From contig OY821641.1 in NCBI GenBank assembly GCA_963555995.3, positions 992,001 through 1,056,000 on the forward strand: DNA of 64,000 nucleotides, in the 5' to 3' direction. This document shows positions 60,834 to 64,000 of the stretch, in pieces (the stretch's first letter is position 1; each line of letters begins with the position of its first letter). Both the position numbers and the translations under genes were made by a program. Source of the DNA: Vicinamibacteria bacterium (GTDB lineage: Bacteria; Acidobacteriota; Vicinamibacteria; Marinacidobacterales; Marinacidobacteraceae). The notes beneath the pieces were generated by a model. That model was not told the origin of the DNA, made no database searches, and worked only from the letters and a program-made list of their open reading frames with translations.

Positions 60834-61381
60834 GCGCCGCCTCCATCATCGAGCGCCTCGCCGCCCATCTCGGTCTGGAGGAGGGCTCGTTCGACTCCGA
60901 TGCGGAGGCGAAGGATCCCTGGGTCCGGGTCCCGGGGGACCGGCTGCTGGCGGCGGCCGAGTTCCTGAAGACGGATCCGGAACTCGACTTCGACACCCTC
61001 CACTGCGTCTCGGGAGTGGACTGGCCCGGCGACGACCCGCCGGCCGTCGAGGTGGTGTACCACCTGACCTCGCTGAGCAAGAAGCACTGGATCGTGCTGA
61101 AGACCCGGGTGCCGCGCGAAGGCGCCAGCCTCCCCACCCTGGAGACGGTCTGGAAGGCGGCCAACTGGCACGAGCGCGAGACGTACGACCTCTTCGGCGT
61201 CCGTTTCGAGGGGCACAGCGACCTCCGGCGCATCCTGCTGCCGGCCGACTGGCCCGGCCATCCGCTGCTCCGCGACTGGGAGTGGCCCGAGACCTGGCAC
61301 AAGATCCCGGTGAAGCCGGGACGGCAGATGACGGAGCGCGCCGAGGGCGGCCAGATGACGGGCGTGGGCCCCTTCGACTGA
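60830..61381 (+). CDS. nuoC: NADH-quinone oxidoreductase subunit C
   Basis: [28 protein letters not shown]. Confidence 0.95.
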   Translation: MSAASIIERLAAHLGLEEGSFDSDAEAKDPWVRVPGDRLLAAAEFLKTDPELDFDTLHCVSGVDWPGDDPPAVEVVYHLTSLSKKHWIVLKTRVPREGASLPTLETVWKAANWHERETYDLFGVRFEGHSDLRRILLPADWPGHPLLRDWEWPETWHKIPVKPGRQMTERAEGGQMTGVGPFD

Positions 61382-61397
61382 GGTAGCGGGGATCCGG

Positions 61398-61514
61398 ATG
61401 GCCGAGCAACGTTCCCCCGTCGACGAGGCCCCGCTGGCACGCCCGGCTTGGAACGCCGGTCTCCAGACCGGCATCGCCGCCGCAGGCGGCGAACCCGTCG
61501 AGGGAGGCTCCTAG
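61398..61514 (+). other. 38-codon uORF: duplicated nuoD 5' end carrying a REP-like palindrome
   Basis: MAEQRSPVDEAPLARPAWNAGLQTGIAAAGGEPVEGGS-TAG directly followed by the nuoD ATG; REP at 61450-61473. Confidence 0.6.
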
Positions 61515-62729
61515 ATGGCCGAGCAACGTTCGCCCGTTGACGGCGCCCCGCTCGTCACCCTCTACGACGAGGAACTGCCGCCCGACAACGCCTACGCCTT
61601 CTCCCCCGAGGAACTCGAAGAGGACGAGATGATCCTCAACATGGGGCCCCAGCACCCGTCGACCCACGGAGTGCTCCGGGTGGAGCTCAAGACCGACGGG
61701 GAGATCGTCAAGGACGCCCGGCCGCACATCGGCTACCTGCACCGGAACTTCGAAAAGCACGCCGAGAACATTGACTACCAGGGCGTCATCCCCTTCACCG
61801 ACCGGATGGACTACGTCGGCTCGATGGGGAACAGCCTCGCCTACGCGCTCACCGTCGAGAAACTGCTCGGCATCGGGGTGGGGGAGCGGGTCGCGGGCAT
61901 CCGGGTGATCACCGCCGAACTGCAGCGGATCGCCAGCCACCTGCTCGCGATGGGCACCTACGGGATGGACATCGGCGCCTTCACGCCGTTCCTGCTCTGC
62001 TTCCAGCAGCGCGAGCGGATCCTCGATCTCTTCGAGTGGCTCTGCGGCGCCCGCCTGCTCTACAACTACAACTGGGTCGGCGGCGTCTCCCACGACCTGC
62101 CCGAGGGCTGGACCGACAAGGCCCGCCGCTTCCTCGACGAATTCGTGCCGGTGCTGGACGAGGTGGACAAGCTCCTCAGCCACAACAAGATCTTCATCCG
62201 CCGGACGGCCGACATCGGGATCATCACTCCGGAGATGGCGAAGGACTACGCGCTCTCCGGCCCGAACCTCCGCGGGTCCGGGATTGACTGGGACCTGCGG
62301 CGGGACGATCCCTACCTGGGCTACGAGAACTACGACTTCGACGTGGTCGTGGCAACCAGTCCTCACGGCCCCGCCGGTTCCTGCTGGGACCGGTACTTCG
62401 TGCGGGTCCGCGAGATGTACGAGAGCGTCAAGATCGTCCGCCAGGCCCTTGACCGTCTGCCCGCCGAAGGCGACGTCCACGAGAACGTGCCGCGGTTCGT
62501 CCGGCCGCTGGCCGGCGAGGCCTACTGCCGGAGCGAGGCGCCGCGGGGCGAACTCGCCTTCTACATCGTCGCCGAGAACAAGAAGCCCATCCCCTACCGG
62601 GTGAAGGGACGCTCCCCCTGCTTCGTGGCGATGGGGCTCTTCCACGAGATCACCCGCGGCGAGATGATCGCCGACATCATCGCCATCATCGGCAGCCTGG
62701 ACATCGTCCTCGGGGAGATTGACCGGTGA
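61515..62729 (+). CDS. nuoD: NADH-quinone oxidoreductase subunit D
   Basis: NMGPQHPSTHGVLR, IGYLHR, DRMDY, EAPRGE, DIVLGEIDR. Confidence 0.95.
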   Translation: MAEQRSPVDGAPLVTLYDEELPPDNAYAFSPEELEEDEMILNMGPQHPSTHGVLRVELKTDGEIVKDARPHIGYLHRNFEKHAENIDYQGVIPFTDRMDYVGSMGNSLAYALTVEKLLGIGVGERVAGIRVITAELQRIASHLLAMGTYGMDIGAFTPFLLCFQQRERILDLFEWLCGARLLYNYNWVGGVSHDLPEGWTDKARRFLDEFVPVLDEVDKLLSHNKIFIRRTADIGIITPEMAKDYALSGPNLRGSGIDWDLRRDDPYLGYENYDFDVVVATSPHGPAGSCWDRYFVRVREMYESVKIVRQALDRLPAEGDVHENVPRFVRPLAGEAYCRSEAPRGELAFYIVAENKKPIPYRVKGRSPCFVAMGLFHEITRGEMIADIIAIIGSLDIVLGEIDR

Positions 62730-63877
62730 TCACCCGCTTCCGGCAGATCGAGATGCGGCTCATGGGGCCGCTCACGATGATCCCCATCGTGCTCTGCCTG
62801 GTGGTGCTCGGGACGATCGCGGCGCTCCCGGTGGTCGCGACCATCCTCTCCGAACTGGTCGCGGACTTCGTACCGCCCGCGCTCCAGCACCTGACCATCG
62901 TGGTGCTCGGCACCGCGGGATTCGTGGGCATCCTGGCGCTCAATCCGATCTACTCGATCTGGCTCGAGCGCAAGGTCGCGGCCCACGTCCAGGACCGGCT
63001 CGGCCCGATGCGGGTCGGGTGGCACGGGCTGCTCCAGAGCTTCGCCGACGGCGTGAAGCTCCTCTTCAAGGAGGACCTCGTCCCCCGCGACGCCGACCGG
63101 GTGCTGTTCGGCGCGGCGCCCATGCTCGCGATCGCGAGCGCGTTCGCGGCCTTCGCGATCGTTCCCTGGGGCGTCCGCGAGGACGGCACGGTGCTCGCGG
63201 TTTCGAACCTGAACATCGGCGTCCTCTACTTCATCGCGATCACCTCGCTCGGCGCCCTCGCGGTGCTGATGGCGGGCTGGGGCTCGAACAACAAGTACGC
63301 GCTCTACGGCGGTATGCGGGCGGCGGCCCAGATGGTCAGCTACGAGATCCCGACCGCGATCCTGGTGCTGGTGGTGGTCGCCCAGGTCGGGAGCCTCCAC
63401 ATTCCGGACATCGTGGCCGCCCAGGCGGGCGGGATCCTCGGGGTCGGCGACTGGCTGATCTTCCAGCTCTTCCCGCTCAACCTGATCGCCTTCGTGCTGT
63501 TCTTCATCTGCGGGCTCGCCGAGACGAACCGCACCCCGTTCGACATCCCCGAAGCCGAATCGGAGCTCGTGGCCGGGTTCCACACCGAGTACAGCGGGAT
63601 GCGGTTCGCGTTCTTCTTCCTCGCCGAATACGGGAACATGCTGCTGGTCTCGATGCTGGCGGCGTTGCTCTTCCTGGGCGGCTGGGTCGGCCCTTTCGGG
63701 TCGAACCCGCTCCTCCTCTTCGTCAAGGGATTCGGCCTGGTGGTGGTCCAGATGTGGCTCCGCTGGACGCTGCCCCGGCTGCGGGTGGACCAGTTGATGG
63801 GAATCTGCTGGAAGTACGTCATCCCGATCTCGTTCTTCCTCCTGGTGGTGACCACCGTCATCAAGGGACTCTTGTGA
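62726..63877 (+). CDS. nuoH: NADH-quinone oxidoreductase subunit H
   Basis: ERKV..QDRLGP, DGVKLLFKED, AETNRTPFD, EYSG, LPRLRVDQ. Confidence 0.95.
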   Translation: MITRFRQIEMRLMGPLTMIPIVLCLVVLGTIAALPVVATILSELVADFVPPALQHLTIVVLGTAGFVGILALNPIYSIWLERKVAAHVQDRLGPMRVGWHGLLQSFADGVKLLFKEDLVPRDADRVLFGAAPMLAIASAFAAFAIVPWGVREDGTVLAVSNLNIGVLYFIAITSLGALAVLMAGWGSNNKYALYGGMRAAAQMVSYEIPTAILVLVVVAQVGSLHIPDIVAAQAGGILGVGDWLIFQLFPLNLIAFVLFFICGLAETNRTPFDIPEAESELVAGFHTEYSGMRFAFFFLAEYGNMLLVSMLAALLFLGGWVGPFGSNPLLLFVKGFGLVVVQMWLRWTLPRLRVDQLMGICWKYVIPISFFLLVVTTVIKGLL

Positions 63878-63884
63878 GGGGGAC

Positions 63885-64000
63885 ATGAAACGCTATTTCG
63901 TTGATCTGTGGGAATCGGTCAGCACCGTCCTCATCGGGATGGGGGTGACCTTCCGCCACCTCTTCACCCGCTCGGTGACGCAGCAGTACACCGCCGACGA
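63885..64000 (+). CDS. nuoI: NADH-quinone oxidoreductase subunit I, N-terminal fragment
   Basis: MKRYFVDLWESVSTVLIGMGVTFRHLFTRSVTQQY directly after nuoH. Confidence 0.75.
   Translation, partial: MKRYFVDLWESVSTVLIGMGVTFRHLFTRSVTQQYTAD

Noticed and set aside
61512-61514. In-frame TAG before nuoD as pyrrolysine or amber recoding
   Set aside because: nuoD has its own GGAGG RBS and ATG, TAG is an ordinary stop in many genes here, and the upstream peptide is explained by duplication plus REP

Overview
A 64-kb window from a very GC-rich bacterium. No rRNA, tRNA or CRISPR array was seen. The left end (1-3600) is a small defence islet: the 5' part of an MmeI-like type IIL restriction-modification gene, an IS3 left-end remnant, a lower-GC ApeA-like HEPN gene and a truncated DUF2867 gene. 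The middle holds mostly metabolic, hydrolase and transporter genes (Asp-box protein, class V aminotransferase, CPA2 antiporter, M20/S58/S9 peptidases, two SSS symporters, PIG-L protein, gdhA, leuB, GH109, maeB, nfi), two type II toxin-antitoxin modules, a Fic gene and two tandem arsR copies. The right end has an octaheme HAO-family cytochrome with a membrane partner, a cusCBA-type operon and a nuoABCD-H-I operon without nuoEFG. Features the ORF track misses: (1) a MerB-like gene split by an in-frame TGA that is followed by a bacterial SECIS-like hairpin, so probably a selenoprotein; (2) about 19 copies of a bipartite REP-like palindrome with compensatory stem changes, one inside a duplicated nuoD 5' end that forms an in-frame uORF; (3) a Cys/Pro-rich leader ORF and hairpin ahead of the Cus operon; (4) many -10 boxes lying directly upstream of start codons, and two probable near-cognate starts. 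All family assignments come from motif recognition by eye; no searches were run.
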